Source: an uncultured Lachnospiraceae bacterium
GTDB lineage: Bacteria; Bacillota; Clostridia; Lachnospirales; Lachnospiraceae
Assembly: GCA_964584155.1 (NCBI GenBank)
Contig: CAZOYS010000001.1
Coordinates: 23,953 to 87,952 of the forward strand
Direction: 5' to 3'
DNA: 64,000 nt
The notes below the pieces were generated by a model, which did not search any database, was not told the DNA's origin, and was given only the letters and a program-made list of their open reading frames with translations. Numbering within the stretch: the stretch's first letter is position 1; every line of letters begins with the position of its first letter. A program made the position numbers and the translations under genes. Below, one piece after another: positions 15,618 through 26,286 of the stretch.

Positions 15618-17909
15618 ATGAGAAACACAGTACTTTTCAATGACAACTGGGGCTTTGTCAGAGAAGCAGAAGGGGCAGCCGAGGCTGCAGCAAAGGCTTC
15701 GGAACCTGTGACCCTGCCCCATACCTGGAATGTCGTTGACGGGCAGGACGGGGGAGACGACTACTACCGGGGAAAGTGCTGGTATGTAAAGAAGATTTCT
15801 AAGGCAGAACTTTTGAAGAAAGCCGGACTTTCCGCGGATGCCTGGGGAAAAGGAGAGGTTGAGCTCTGGCTGGAGTTTGACGGCGTGGCCTATACTTCGG
15901 AGGTTTACATTAATCATAAACTTCTTCTGTTCCATGAAGACGGCTTCTCCCGCTTCCGGGTACCTCTGACAGGGATTCTGGCCGGACTTTCCGCTGATGA
16001 CGAAGTGGAAATTGCCGTATCCGCTGACAACAGCCGAAGCGACCATGTCTATCCTCAGAAAGCGGATTTCACGTTCTACGGGGGCATTTACCGGGACGTG
16101 AAACTCCTTGCCGTTCCGAAGGCCCACTTCGTCCTGGGCTATCGCGGGTCTTTGGGTCTCAAGATCACGCCTGTCGTTGACCGGGCTACCCATGACACAA
16201 GGGTGACGCTGGAAGCCTGGACCGAGAACGGGGATGGAAGTTGTGTATCGTTCAAAGTGATGGATGCCGGAGGAAAGGCAGCAGCAGAAGTATCCGCTTC
16301 TGTTTCCGGTAATAAGGCCTCGGCAGAAATCACCATTGAAAATGCCCGTCTCTGGGATGGGACGGAGGACCCTTACCTCTATGTCTGCGAGGCCGTCCTT
16401 TCAAGCGGTGATACCGTCAGCTCCTGCTTCGGCTGCCGCTATTTTGACTTTGACCCGCAGAAGGGTTTCTTCTTAAATGGCCGTTCCTACCCTCTGAGGG
16501 GCGTTTCCCGCCACCAGGATCGCAAAGGGCTGGGCAATGCCCTGACAATTAAGGAACACCGGGAGGACATGGAACTCATCAGAGAAATCGGAGCCAATAC
16601 GATTCGCCTGGCCCATTATCAGCACTCCCAGGACTTCTATGACCTCTGTGATGAATATGGCATGATTGTCTGGGCTGAGATTCCTTTCATTACCATGTTC
16701 ATGGAAGGCGGAGAGCAGAATACGCTTGATCAGATGGAGGACCTGATCGTCCAGAACTATAATCACCCTTCCATAGCGGTCTGGGGTCTTTCGAACGAAA
16801 TCACGGCGGCAACGCCCGTAAACGACGCTCTGCTCGAAAATCACCGGAAACTGAACGACCTCTGCCACCGCCTGGATCCGACCCGGAAAACCACAATGGC
16901 CGATGTTTTCATGCTGGAGACGGATTCCCCGATTCTGGAGATTCCGGACATCAATTCGTATAATCTCTACTTCGGCTGGTATGTGGGGGACCTCGAGCAG
17001 AACGAAGAGTTTTTCGACGAATATCATGAGAAATTCCCGGACCGGGTCATCGGTCTCTCCGAATACGGGGCCGACGCCAATCCTGCCTTTCAGGCGGAGA
17101 AGCCTGAGAAGGGGGATTACTCGGAAGGCTATCAGGCCCTTTACCACGAGCACATGGCGGCAATGATTGAAGAGCGACCCTGGCTCTGGGCCACCCACGT
17201 CTGGAATATGTTCGACTTCGCGGCTGACGGAAGGGACGAAGGCGGAAAGCACGGGGAGAACCAGAAGGGTCTTGTGACTTTCGACCGAAGGTACAAGAAG
17301 GATGCCTTCTACCTCTACAAGGCCTATTGGAATACCACTGAGCCCTTCGTCCATCTCTGCGGGAAGAACTATAAGAACCGGGAGTGTGAAGTGACGGAGA
17401 TTAAGGTCTATTCCAACTGCGACGAAGTCTCCCTTTATGTCGACGGAAAGCTTTTCGAAACGAAAAAGGCCCACCGTGTATTCGCATTTTCCATTACTAA
17501 TGCAGGGACCCAAACCATCCGGGCCCTGGCAAAGACGGCGGACGGCGAAGTCTCTGACGAGATGACGATTACGAAGGTCTCCGAATTCGATAAGTCCTAT
17601 GCAATGAACGGGGCGGCCCCGATTCAGAACTGGTTTGATGAAAAAGAAATCAATCCGGACTGCTTCTCCGTCTATGATAAACTTGGCGATATGGAAGCAG
17701 ACCCGAAGGCCGGAGCCGTTCTCGGACAGATGATGGCCAAGGCTTCCGCCAGCCGGGGAGAAGTAGCGGACTCTGTCAAGGACAATCCGGCCCTGAAACG
17801 GATGATGGCGAGGATGACCCTTATTTCTCTCCTGAAGCAGGCCGGAATCGAAGAAGAGCAGGTCAAGCAGTTAAACCGCATCCTGCAGGGGATTCCCAAA
17901 TCAAAATAA
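15618..17909 (+). CDS. GH2 family glycoside hydrolase (beta-galactosidase/beta-glucuronidase-like)
   Basis: N-terminal FNDNWGF, RLAHY, WGLSNE and SEYGAD motifs. Confidence 0.9.
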   Translation: MRNTVLFNDNWGFVREAEGAAEAAAKASEPVTLPHTWNVVDGQDGGDDYYRGKCWYVKKISKAELLKKAGLSADAWGKGEVELWLEFDGVAYTSEVYINHKLLLFHEDGFSRFRVPLTGILAGLSADDEVEIAVSADNSRSDHVYPQKADFTFYGGIYRDVKLLAVPKAHFVLGYRGSLGLKITPVVDRATHDTRVTLEAWTENGDGSCVSFKVMDAGGKAAAEVSASVSGNKASAEITIENARLWDGTEDPYLYVCEAVLSSGDTVSSCFGCRYFDFDPQKGFFLNGRSYPLRGVSRHQDRKGLGNALTIKEHREDMELIREIGANTIRLAHYQHSQDFYDLCDEYGMIVWAEIPFITMFMEGGEQNTLDQMEDLIVQNYNHPSIAVWGLSNEITAATPVNDALLENHRKLNDLCHRLDPTRKTTMADVFMLETDSPILEIPDINSYNLYFGWYVGDLEQNEEFFDEYHEKFPDRVIGLSEYGADANPAFQAEKPEKGDYSEGYQALYHEHMAAMIEERPWLWATHVWNMFDFAADGRDEGGKHGENQKGLVTFDRRYKKDAFYLYKAYWNTTEPFVHLCGKNYKNRECEVTEIKVYSNCDEVSLYVDGKLFETKKAHRVFAFSITNAGTQTIRALAKTADGEVSDEMTITKVSEFDKSYAMNGAAPIQNWFDEKEINPDCFSVYDKLGDMEADPKAGAVLGQMMAKASASRGEVADSVKDNPALKRMMARMTLISLLKQAGIEEEQVKQLNRILQGIPKSK

Positions 17910-17930
17910 TGTAGAACATATAATGTTAGG

Positions 17931-17960
17931 CGGAGCCGGGAAAAACCGGCTCCGTTTTTA
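17931..17960 (+). terminator. Intrinsic terminator after the GH2 gene
   Basis: CGGAGCCGG / CCGGCTCCG forms a 9-bp stem with loop GAAAAA, followed by TTTTTA. Confidence 0.8.
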
Positions 17961-18082
17961 TGTCTCCGGTTGTATATGTCCCTGCCGCAGCTGAATGAGC
18001 CGCCTGCAAATGCACTGAAAAGGCTTTCCAGACCGGGCTGAAAGGGGTATTATCAGGAAAAATATTTCGGAGGAAAGAAATC

Positions 18083-18850
18083 ATGGGTGAAGAGAAGCAG
18101 GTATCCGAACTTACAAAAAAGCGGCTTATGGAGCTATCCGACCGGTCCTACCGGGGAAATATGTGTGTCTTTTCCGACTTTCTCGACCTCGCGGCCCAGG
18201 CGGACCTGAAGGAAATAGAAGGAAGGCTCTCTCCCTGCGGTCTCCGGACATGGGGCGGCTTCGACGGGGCGGAGCGGGTAATGGCAGGTTTTGGAACCGA
18301 AGAAGTCTTAGGCTATGAAGAGCCCTTCCCCATAGCCTTTCTTCTGGCCCGGCCCGTGGCGGAAAAGTTTGCGGAAGACCTGTCCCACCGGGATTTTCTC
18401 GGCTCCCTCATGAATCTCGGCATCGAGCGCGCAAAGTTCGGGGACCTGATCCTTTCCGGTGACCGCTGCGTCATCGTCTGCACGGAGGCGATTTCCGACT
18501 ATATCTGCACGGAGCTTTCCAGAGTCCGCCATACGCCGGTGGTCTGCCGGAGGATTGATGCCTTCCCTGAAGAATTCGTACCGAAGAGGGAAGAAGTCCG
18601 GGCCGTAGTTTCTTCTGTCCGCCTCGATTCCATAGTGGCCAAGGCCGCAAACCTGTCCCGGGGCAAGGCTGCCGAGCTTTTCACTACAGGGAAAATACAG
18701 GTAAACGGGCGGGAAACCGGCAATGTCTCCTATACGCCGAAGGCAGGCGACACCATCTCCATGCGGGGCTACGGAAAAATCCGCTATCTCGGGGACAGCG
18801 GGGAGACGAAGAAGGGGCGGATTGCCATTACATATGAGAAATTCGTATAG
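18083..18850 (+). CDS. ylmH: YlmH-like S4-domain RNA-binding protein (cell-division cluster protein)
   Basis: DFLD..., GGFDGAER, FLGSLMNLGIERAKFGD and a C-terminal S4-like region. GGAGG SD is present. Confidence 0.8.
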   Translation: MGEEKQVSELTKKRLMELSDRSYRGNMCVFSDFLDLAAQADLKEIEGRLSPCGLRTWGGFDGAERVMAGFGTEEVLGYEEPFPIAFLLARPVAEKFAEDLSHRDFLGSLMNLGIERAKFGDLILSGDRCVIVCTEAISDYICTELSRVRHTPVVCRRIDAFPEEFVPKREEVRAVVSSVRLDSIVAKAANLSRGKAAELFTTGKIQVNGRETGNVSYTPKAGDTISMRGYGKIRYLGDSGETKKGRIAITYEKFV

Positions 18851-18983
18851 GCCGACTGAAGGGAAAAGCGGACGAAAAGCCCTGCATTATTCATAAGGAG
18901 AAACGCGTCGGCATTGACAAAAGACGCTCTTGTGATAAACTTTTAGCGTTTGCGAATTCACGTGTTTCAGGAGGTTACAACCT

Positions 18984-21395
18984 GTGAAAGTGTACAACCA
19001 TCTCGAAGTCGAGAACAAGTGGAACAAGATCTGGCAGGACAAGCCCGTCAATGTAAACGACGGAAAGAAGGAGAAATACTACTGCCTGGACATGTTCCCC
19101 TACCCGTCCGGCGCCGGCCTTCATGTCGGCCACTGGAGAGGCTATGTCATTTCCGATGTCTGGTCCCGCTATCAGATCATGCAGGGTAAGTATGTCATTC
19201 ATCCCATGGGCTGGGATGCCTTCGGCCTGCCGGCGGAGAACTACGCCATCAAGACCGGCCAGCATCCTTCTATTTCCACGGCTTCGAATATCAAGAATAT
19301 CAAGCGTCAGGTCCAGCAGATCGGCGCTGTCTACGACTGGGACATGGAACTGAACACCACGGATCCCGCTTTCTATAAGTGGACCCAGTGGATCTTCGTC
19401 CAGATGTTCAAGCACGGGCTGGCTTACGAAAAGCAAATGCCCCTGAACTGGTGCCCGAACTGCAAGGCTGTCCTCGCAAATGAAGAGGTAGTTGACGGCA
19501 AGTGCGAGCGCTGCGGAACGGAGGTCACAAAGAAAAACCTCCGCCAGTGGATGCTGAAGATTACGAAGTATGCGGACCGTCTTCTCGACGGCCTTGACGA
19601 TCTTGACTGGCCCGAGCGGGTCAAAAAGATGCAGACGGACTGGATCGGCCGTTCCACCGGTGCCGAAGTTGATTTCCCCATTGACGGAAGAGATGAGAAG
19701 ATCACTGTCTACACGACCCGGCCCGACACCCTCTACGGGGCTACTTTCATGGTCATCGCGCCCGAGCATCCGCTCGCACATGAGCTCGCTTCCGCGGACC
19801 AGAAGGATGCTGTCGAGCAGTATATCAAGGACGCCCTGAATAAGTCGAACGTTGACCGTATGTCCGGCAAGGAGAAGACCGGCGCCTTCACCGGCTCCTA
19901 TGCCGTCAATCCCCTGAATCAGAAGAAGATTCCCATCTGGATTGCGGACTACGTCCTCGGCGACTATGGTACCGGGGCCGTCATGTGCGTTCCGGCCCAC
20001 GATGACCGTGACTTTGCCTTCGCAAAGAAATTCGGCCTTCCCATCATTCCGGTCATCTCTCCGGACGGCAAAGACCTCCCTTCCGATATGGAAGAAGCCT
20101 ATACCGCTGCTTCCGGCATTATGATCAATTCCGGCGAGTGGACCGGCATGGAGTCTTCCGTCCTCAAGAAGGAAGCTCCGGACATGATTGAGAAGAAGGG
20201 CTTCGGACGGAAGAAAGTCAATTACAAGTTAAGAGATTGGGTCTTCTCCCGCCAGCGCTACTGGGGCGAGCCCATCCCCATCGTACACTGCCCTAAGTGC
20301 GGGGCTGTTCCCGTTCCTGAAGACCAGCTGCCCGTCCTGCTACCGGATGTCGAGTCCTATGAACCCACGGATACGGGTGAGTCGCCCCTTGCCAAGATGA
20401 CGGACTGGGTCAATACGACCTGTCCTGTCTGCGGAGGCCCTGCAAAGCGGGAGACCAATACCATGCCCCAGTGGGCCGGTTCCTCCTGGTACTTCCTCCG
20501 CTATGTGGATGTCCATAATGACAAGGAACTTGTTTCCACGGAGAAGGCGGACAAGTACCTGCCTGTCGACCTCTATGTAGGCGGCGTGGAGCATGCGGTA
20601 CTCCACCTCCTCTATGCGCGGTTCTACACGAAGTTCCTGCACGATATCGGTGTCGTTGACTTCGACGAGCCCTTCCACAAGCTCTTTAACCAGGGCATGA
20701 TCTTAGGACCCAAGGGCATCAAGATGTCAAAGTCCTTAGGCAATGTCGTCTCTCCCGATGACATGATCGAGGAGTACGGCTGCGACGCCCTTCGTATGTA
20801 TGAGCTTTTCATCGGACCGCCCGAGCTCGATTCCGCCTGGGACGACCGGGGCATTGACGGAGTTTCCCGCTTCCTGAATAAGGTCTGGAAACTCGTCACG
20901 GAAGAAAACGAAAAGAACGCGCCTGAAACGCCCGAGCTCGTTCGGGTACGGAATCAGATGGTCCGGGACATCACCCAGCGTTTCCAGGCTTTCTCCCTGA
21001 ACACCGTCGTTTCCGGTTTCATGGAGTATACGAATAAGCTGCAGGATATCGCAAAGAAGTCCGGCGTTGACCGGACGACCCTTTCCACCCTCGTCACGAT
21101 GCTGGCGCCTTTCGCTCCCCATATCGCCGAGGAACTGCACGAGATCCTGGGCGGCACGGGTTCCGTCTTCCACACGCCCTGGCCCACGTACGATGAGGCG
21201 CTGACCGTGGAGGATACGATTCAGGTTCCTGTTCAGGTAAATGGCAAGACAAAGACCGTCATCGAGCTTTCCAAGGACGCGGACAAGGAGGCAGCTCTTG
21301 CTGCAGGCCGCACCGCTTTGGAAGGAAAGCTTTCCGGCTCGGTCGTGAAGGAAATCTTCGTGCCCGGCCGCATCATCAACTTCGTAGTGAAGTGA
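18984..21395 (+). CDS. leuS: Leucine--tRNA ligase
   Basis: HVGH (HIGH) motif and a KMSKS motif (IKMSKSLGN). The length is 803 aa. The start is GTG with an AGGAGG SD. Confidence 0.97.
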   Translation: MKVYNHLEVENKWNKIWQDKPVNVNDGKKEKYYCLDMFPYPSGAGLHVGHWRGYVISDVWSRYQIMQGKYVIHPMGWDAFGLPAENYAIKTGQHPSISTASNIKNIKRQVQQIGAVYDWDMELNTTDPAFYKWTQWIFVQMFKHGLAYEKQMPLNWCPNCKAVLANEEVVDGKCERCGTEVTKKNLRQWMLKITKYADRLLDGLDDLDWPERVKKMQTDWIGRSTGAEVDFPIDGRDEKITVYTTRPDTLYGATFMVIAPEHPLAHELASADQKDAVEQYIKDALNKSNVDRMSGKEKTGAFTGSYAVNPLNQKKIPIWIADYVLGDYGTGAVMCVPAHDDRDFAFAKKFGLPIIPVISPDGKDLPSDMEEAYTAASGIMINSGEWTGMESSVLKKEAPDMIEKKGFGRKKVNYKLRDWVFSRQRYWGEPIPIVHCPKCGAVPVPEDQLPVLLPDVESYEPTDTGESPLAKMTDWVNTTCPVCGGPAKRETNTMPQWAGSSWYFLRYVDVHNDKELVSTEKADKYLPVDLYVGGVEHAVLHLLYARFYTKFLHDIGVVDFDEPFHKLFNQGMILGPKGIKMSKSLGNVVSPDDMIEEYGCDALRMYELFIGPPELDSAWDDRGIDGVSRFLNKVWKLVTEENEKNAPETPELVRVRNQMVRDITQRFQAFSLNTVVSGFMEYTNKLQDIAKKSGVDRTTLSTLVTMLAPFAPHIAEELHEILGGTGSVFHTPWPTYDEALTVEDTIQVPVQVNGKTKTVIELSKDADKEAALAAGRTALEGKLSGSVVKEIFVPGRIINFVVK

Positions 21396-21412
21396 TTTTT
21401 TCATGAATAATG

Positions 21413-21456
21413 CAGGCGCTGCAAGGTATTTCCTGCCCGGCAGCGCCTGTTTTAAA
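21413..21456 (+). terminator. Intrinsic terminator after leuS
   Basis: Perfect 10-bp stem CAGGCGCTGC / GCAGCGCCTG with a 17-nt loop, followed by TTTTAAAC. Confidence 0.7.
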
Positions 21457-21495
21457 CAGTGGATTCTCCGGAAGATATGGAAAGGACGCAGACGT

Positions 21496-22716
21496 ATGGA
21501 AAAGATCGAAATGAAGACCCCCCTCGTCGAAATGGACGGGGATGAAATGACCCGGATCATCTGGAAGATCCTGAAGGATGAACTGATTCTTCCCTATATC
21601 GACCTGAAGAGCGACTACTATGACCTTTGCCTCAGGAACCGGGATGAGACCGACGATCAGGTCACCATCGACGCTTCGAATGCGACGAAGAAGTACGGTG
21701 TTGCCGTCAAGTGCGCCACCATTACCCCGAACGCTGCCCGCGTGGAGGAATACGGCCTGAAGAAGATGTATAAGTCCCCGAACGGGACCATCCGGGCCAT
21801 CCTCGACGGAACGGTCTTCCGGGCCCCCATTCTTGTGAAGGGCATCGAGCCCAATGTCCGGACCTGGGAAGCTCCCATTATCGTTGCCCGCCATGCCTAC
21901 GGAGATGTCTACCGGGATACGGAGATGAAGGTCGAAGGCCCCGGGAAAGCGGAGCTCGTCTTCACTCACGCGGACGGAACAGAAGACCGGGAGACTGTTT
22001 TTGAATTCGGAGCAGGAGAGAAGGGAATTCTGCAGGAGCAGTACAATCTGAAGGAGTCCATCGAGTCCTTCGCCCGTTCCTGCTTTGTCTTCGCCCTTGA
22101 AAAGAAACAGGACCTCTGGTTCTCCACGAAGGATACGATTTCGAAGAAGTACGACCATACCTTCAAGGATATCTTCCAGGAAATCTACGACAAAGAATAC
22201 AAAGACAAGTTCGAGGCGGCAGGTATCACGTATTTCTACACCCTGATCGACGATGCCGTCGCAAGAGTAATGAAGAGCCACGGGGGCTTTATCTGGGCCC
22301 TCAAAAACTACGACGGCGATGTCATGAGCGACATGATATCATCTGCTTTCGGCTCCCTTGCCATGATGACAAGTGTCCTTGTTTCCCCTCACGGCTACTA
22401 TGAGTATGAGGCGGCCCACGGTACGGTGCAGCGGCATTATTATAAGTATTTAAAGGGTGAGGAGACATCCACGAACTCCGTGGCCACCATCTTTGCCTGG
22501 ACCGGGGCCCTCAGAAAGCGGGGCGAGCTGGACCATCTCCCTGACCTTTGTCACTTTGCCGACTGCCTGGAAAAGGCCACAATCCAGACCATTGAAGACG
22601 GGAAGATGACCGGGGACCTGACGCTCATTACGACAATTCCCCATCCGACGAAGCTCAATACGGAGGACTTCATCAAGGCCGTCCGGGCCACCCTCGACAC
22701 CCTGCTTTGCGTATGA
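21496..22716 (+). CDS. icd: NADP-dependent isocitrate dehydrogenase (IDH1/eukaryote-like subfamily)
   Basis: [13 protein letters not shown] and KCATITP motifs. I prefer the ATG at 21496, which has a GGAAAGGA SD. The listed 21403 start runs through the leuS terminator. Confidence 0.92.
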   Translation: MEKIEMKTPLVEMDGDEMTRIIWKILKDELILPYIDLKSDYYDLCLRNRDETDDQVTIDASNATKKYGVAVKCATITPNAARVEEYGLKKMYKSPNGTIRAILDGTVFRAPILVKGIEPNVRTWEAPIIVARHAYGDVYRDTEMKVEGPGKAELVFTHADGTEDRETVFEFGAGEKGILQEQYNLKESIESFARSCFVFALEKKQDLWFSTKDTISKKYDHTFKDIFQEIYDKEYKDKFEAAGITYFYTLIDDAVARVMKSHGGFIWALKNYDGDVMSDMISSAFGSLAMMTSVLVSPHGYYEYEAAHGTVQRHYYKYLKGEETSTNSVATIFAWTGALRKRGELDHLPDLCHFADCLEKATIQTIEDGKMTGDLTLITTIPHPTKLNTEDFIKAVRATLDTLLCV

Positions 22717-22772
22717 CCGCTTGCAAATTTGCAAGAGAAGACATTTATCTGTAACGAATAAATCTGGTTTTT

Positions 22773-24725
22773 ATGCTTTTATCTGTTTCACATATTCACA
22801 AGGCTTACGGAGAGACTGTGATTCTTCCGGATGTCTCTTTCACGATGGAGCGGGGGGACCACTTCGCCCTCGTGGGCCGGAACGGGTCCGGTAAGTCCAC
22901 GCTCTTAAATATTATCGTAGGCGATCTGAGGGCTGACGACGGCGTCGTTTCTCTTGAAAAGGATGCTTCGTTCGGCTACCTGCCCCAGTACCTGGACATG
23001 GTGATGGAAGGGTCGCTCTACGACTTCGTTCTCCATGCAAGAGAGGACATACTGGAGAACGAGAAGAAGCTGTCCTCCATGGAAGAGGCCATGAAAACGG
23101 CTTCCGGAGACGAACTGAACCGGCTTCTGGAGGAATACCAGTTTTTTTCTCACATTTTTGAAATGAAGGGCGGGACATCTTACAGGAGTCAGGTGGAAGG
23201 GGCTCTTTTCGGGCTCGGCTTTTCAAGAGAGGACTTTGACCGCGATACGGATACTCTTTCCGGCGGCCAGAAGACCCGTCTTTCGCTGGCCCGGATTCTC
23301 ATGGGTTCTCCGGACCTTTTGATTCTCGACGAGCCTATTAACCACCTGGACTTAAAGAGCATAGAATGGCTGGAGGGCTTTCTTTCTTCCTATAAGGGAG
23401 CTGTCCTTCTCGTTGCCCATGACCGGTATTTTCTGAACCGGGTGACGGACCATATATTATCATTGTATGACGACCGGGCCCGGGTCTACCGGGGCAACTA
23501 CCAGGCCTTTGCCGACCAGAGGGAGAACGAGCTCATCACGCGTTCACGCGAGGTGGAAAAGCAGCAGAAGGAAATCGAGCACCAGGAAGCCGTCATCAAA
23601 AAGCTGCAGCAGTTCAACCGGGAAAAGTCCATTAAGCGGGCCGAGTCTCGGAAGAAGATGCTCGATAAGGTCGAAGTGATAGAAGACTTCCGGGAGGAGG
23701 CCGTCATGCGGCCTTCCTTCAAGGCCTCCCGCCCCTCCGGCAAGGATGTCCTTTCCGTGAACGGCATCTCCAAATCTTTTGATGAGAATAATCTTTTTAC
23801 AAACGTCTCCTTTGAAGTGAAGAAGGGGGAGCGGGTTGCCATCCTGGGGGACAACGGGACCGGGAAGACGACCATGCTCCGGGAAATTCTTTCCTATCCC
23901 TTTGATGCCGGCCTCGATTCTCCGGTCCGCTTCGGTATGAACGTGGATACGGGCTATTTCGATCAGGCCCAGAAAAATTTAAATCCGGAAAAGTCTGTCA
24001 TGGATGAAATCCACGATGCCTTTCCCCTGATGACAGACGGGGAGGTCCGTCAGAAGCTGGCCGGCTTTCTTTTCACGGGAGACAGGATCTACGACCGAAT
24101 CGGGACCCTGTCCGGCGGGGAGAAGGCGAGAGTTTCCCTGACAAAGCTCATGCTGGGCCACTTCAACTTCCTGATTCTCGACGAGCCCTCGAACCACCTG
24201 GATATGGAGTCGAAGGAGGCTCTCGAGGGAGCGCTCAGGGACTTTGACGGAACCATCCTTTTCGTGTCCCACGACCGCTACTTTGTAAACCGGGTCGCAA
24301 CCAGAATCCTCGAGCTCTATAACGGCCACCTGATCGAGTATCTGGGAAATTATGACTATTACGTCGAAAAGAGACAGGAGTTTCACCGGACTTTCGCGGA
24401 TACCGCAAGGGCTGTTCCTGAGACGGGGAAAAATATTAGTCATGAAATAAATGCCCCGGTGGAAGCTGCAGACGGCAAGGATGCCTGGCAGAAGGCCAAG
24501 GAGGAAAAAGCCGCCCGGCAGAAACTGGAGCGTCAGCAGGCAAAGATCGAAGAGGACATCGCATCGGCGGAGGCCAGAGTCAAAGCCATAGACTCTGAAT
24601 TCCTGAAGCCGGAATACCAGACGAATTCCAAGAAGCTCCGGGAACTTACGGAGGAGCAGAATACCCTGAAAGAGAGGCTGGAAGACCTCTACAGCCAGTG
24701 GGAGGTCCTGGCTGAGCAGCTGTAA
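22773..24725 (+). CDS. ABC-F family ATPase (two ABC domains, no TM domain)
   Basis: Two Walker A motifs (GRNGSGKST, GDNGTGKTT), two LSGG signatures, and a coiled-coil C-terminus. Confidence 0.92.
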   Translation: MLLSVSHIHKAYGETVILPDVSFTMERGDHFALVGRNGSGKSTLLNIIVGDLRADDGVVSLEKDASFGYLPQYLDMVMEGSLYDFVLHAREDILENEKKLSSMEEAMKTASGDELNRLLEEYQFFSHIFEMKGGTSYRSQVEGALFGLGFSREDFDRDTDTLSGGQKTRLSLARILMGSPDLLILDEPINHLDLKSIEWLEGFLSSYKGAVLLVAHDRYFLNRVTDHILSLYDDRARVYRGNYQAFADQRENELITRSREVEKQQKEIEHQEAVIKKLQQFNREKSIKRAESRKKMLDKVEVIEDFREEAVMRPSFKASRPSGKDVLSVNGISKSFDENNLFTNVSFEVKKGERVAILGDNGTGKTTMLREILSYPFDAGLDSPVRFGMNVDTGYFDQAQKNLNPEKSVMDEIHDAFPLMTDGEVRQKLAGFLFTGDRIYDRIGTLSGGEKARVSLTKLMLGHFNFLILDEPSNHLDMESKEALEGALRDFDGTILFVSHDRYFVNRVATRILELYNGHLIEYLGNYDYYVEKRQEFHRTFADTARAVPETGKNISHEINAPVEAADGKDAWQKAKEEKAARQKLERQQAKIEEDIASAEARVKAIDSEFLKPEYQTNSKKLRELTEEQNTLKERLEDLYSQWEVLAEQL

Positions 24726-24743
24726 AAATAGTCCGGCATACCT

Positions 24744-24761
24744 TTGTTAAGAAATTGACAA
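24744..24761. promoter_or_regulatory. Rex operator TTGTTAA-GAAA-TTGACAA
   Basis: This 18-bp near-palindrome matches the published Rex box form TTGTTAAnnnnTTAACAA with one mismatch. It overlaps the -35 of the rex promoter. Confidence 0.7.
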
Positions 24762-24782
24762 ATGCAGAGATTTCTTTATACT
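24755..24782 (+). promoter_or_regulatory. rex promoter TTGACA-16 nt-TATACT
   Basis: Hexamers read directly from the sequence: TTGACA at 24755-24760 and TATACT at 24777-24782. Confidence 0.6.
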
Positions 24783-24891
24783 TTTATTCAGAAATGTGAT
24801 TCGGCGGAGAAGGCATGATGGCCTTTCTGCTGCATTCGGGTCACGCAGGTTTTTTGTAAAAAGTCATGGAAACGGGGAGAGAACGGTTCTC

Positions 24892-25542
24892 ATGGAAAAA
24901 GATATTTCATCTGCAGTCATCCGGCGCATGCCCAGGTACTACCGCTATCTGGAGGAGCTCAGGGCGGACGGCGTCGACCGGATTTCGTCCGGCGACCTGT
25001 CCCGGCTCATGAATGTGACAGCCTCCCAGATCCGGCAGGACCTCAACAATTTCGGGGGCTTCGGCCAGCAGGGTTACGGCTACAACGTCGATTACCTTCA
25101 CGACGAGATTGCAAAAATTCTCGGGCTTACCCGGGTCCACCCCGTCATCCTGATCGGAGTCGGCAATCTGGGTCAGGCCATTTCGAACTATGTCCACTTT
25201 TCCCGCCTGTCGTTTGAAATAGCCGGACTTTTTGATATCAATGAAAAGCTGGAAGGCCGGGAAGTGGCCGGGACGAAGATTCAGACCTACGACCGTCTTC
25301 CGGAATTTCTGAAAACCCATGACGTGGATATTGCGGCGCTTACGATTCCGAAACAGCATGCCCAGGATGTGGCGGATGACGTCATCAGAAACGGAGTCCA
25401 TGCTATCTGGAATTTCACCCATGTGGATCTCTTGGTGCCGGATGACGTTGTCGTGGAAAATGTACATCTTTCGGACAGCCTTATGCAGCTTTCCTACAAT
25501 CTGACGGAGAGGGAAGCCGGAAAGTCCTTTGATGAGGAGTGA
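24892..25542 (+). CDS. rex: Redox-sensing transcriptional repressor Rex
   Basis: RMPRYYRYL, ASQIRQDLNNFGGFGQQGYGY and a Rossmann motif GVGNLG. The ATG at 24892 has a GGGGAGAG SD. Confidence 0.95.
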   Translation: MEKDISSAVIRRMPRYYRYLEELRADGVDRISSGDLSRLMNVTASQIRQDLNNFGGFGQQGYGYNVDYLHDEIAKILGLTRVHPVILIGVGNLGQAISNYVHFSRLSFEIAGLFDINEKLEGREVAGTKIQTYDRLPEFLKTHDVDIAALTIPKQHAQDVADDVIRNGVHAIWNFTHVDLLVPDDVVVENVHLSDSLMQLSYNLTEREAGKSFDEE

Positions 25543-25548
25543 TGCAGG

Positions 25549-26244
25549 GTGGATGAAGAGAGTTTTAAAGAAGCGGTCCGGCACGCGAAGATTCCCGTGC
25601 TGGTTCTCGACCAGAAGTGGCACCGGCTCTTTGCCCTTTCCGGAAAACCGGACGACGTGAAGGCCATAGAGCAGGAACTGAACGAGCTTCTGGCCGAGCA
25701 GGGCCGGCTCAACAATGAGCAGAAGGAACTGAAGAAGCTCAAAAACCGCCTCATGAACAATATCGTCCAGAACATCGACCACGCCGGCGACGACGCCATG
25801 GCAAACGACAAGCGTCTCATCGACGAGACGAATGCGAAGATCGAAGCCAATGAAGACGAGCTCCTAGACATTCCGAACCGGATCAAGGAGACGGATGCGG
25901 CTCTGATGCTGGCCACGATGCGCTTCTGCTACACAAAGCTCAGGACGAATGCCTCGGAGGCGAAGGAAATTTCCGAATGGATCAAGAACGTCCGGATTGA
26001 ACTGAAGAAGAACATCATCAAGAAGCAGAACCGGGAGATAAACAACAAGGAGATATACTCCTATATGCACGATATCTTCGGCAAGGATGTCATGAATCTC
26101 TTTGATGTGGCGGATGAAAACAATCTTGTGACCAATATAAAGCCCGCGGAAGAAAAGCCGGAAGGGGTGAAGGTCGACTCGAAGGAAGCCGCTGCCCAGA
26201 GGCCGGCAGAAGACTTCAAGGCCGACACGAAAAAGGGAGAATGA
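25549..26244 (+). CDS. Hypothetical coiled-coil protein
   Basis: Long ORF in the coding strand context, with a GTG start 6 nt after the rex stop. The central region is heptad-rich and charged. I recognise no family. Confidence 0.6.
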   Translation: MDEESFKEAVRHAKIPVLVLDQKWHRLFALSGKPDDVKAIEQELNELLAEQGRLNNEQKELKKLKNRLMNNIVQNIDHAGDDAMANDKRLIDETNAKIEANEDELLDIPNRIKETDAALMLATMRFCYTKLRTNASEAKEISEWIKNVRIELKKNIIKKQNREINNKEIYSYMHDIFGKDVMNLFDVADENNLVTNIKPAEEKPEGVKVDSKEAAAQRPAEDFKADTKKGE

Positions 26245-26286
26245 CCTTTTTCCGGGGCCGGAGACTATTCAAAGGACATTAGCTGC

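Noticed and set aside
18851-18983. Possible T-box leader upstream of leuS
   Set aside because: The spacer is only ~133 nt and already contains a promoter-like TTGACA-16-TAAACT. There is no room for a specifier hairpin plus terminator/antiterminator, and I see no T-box sequence (AAnnnGGGTGGnACCGCG-like).
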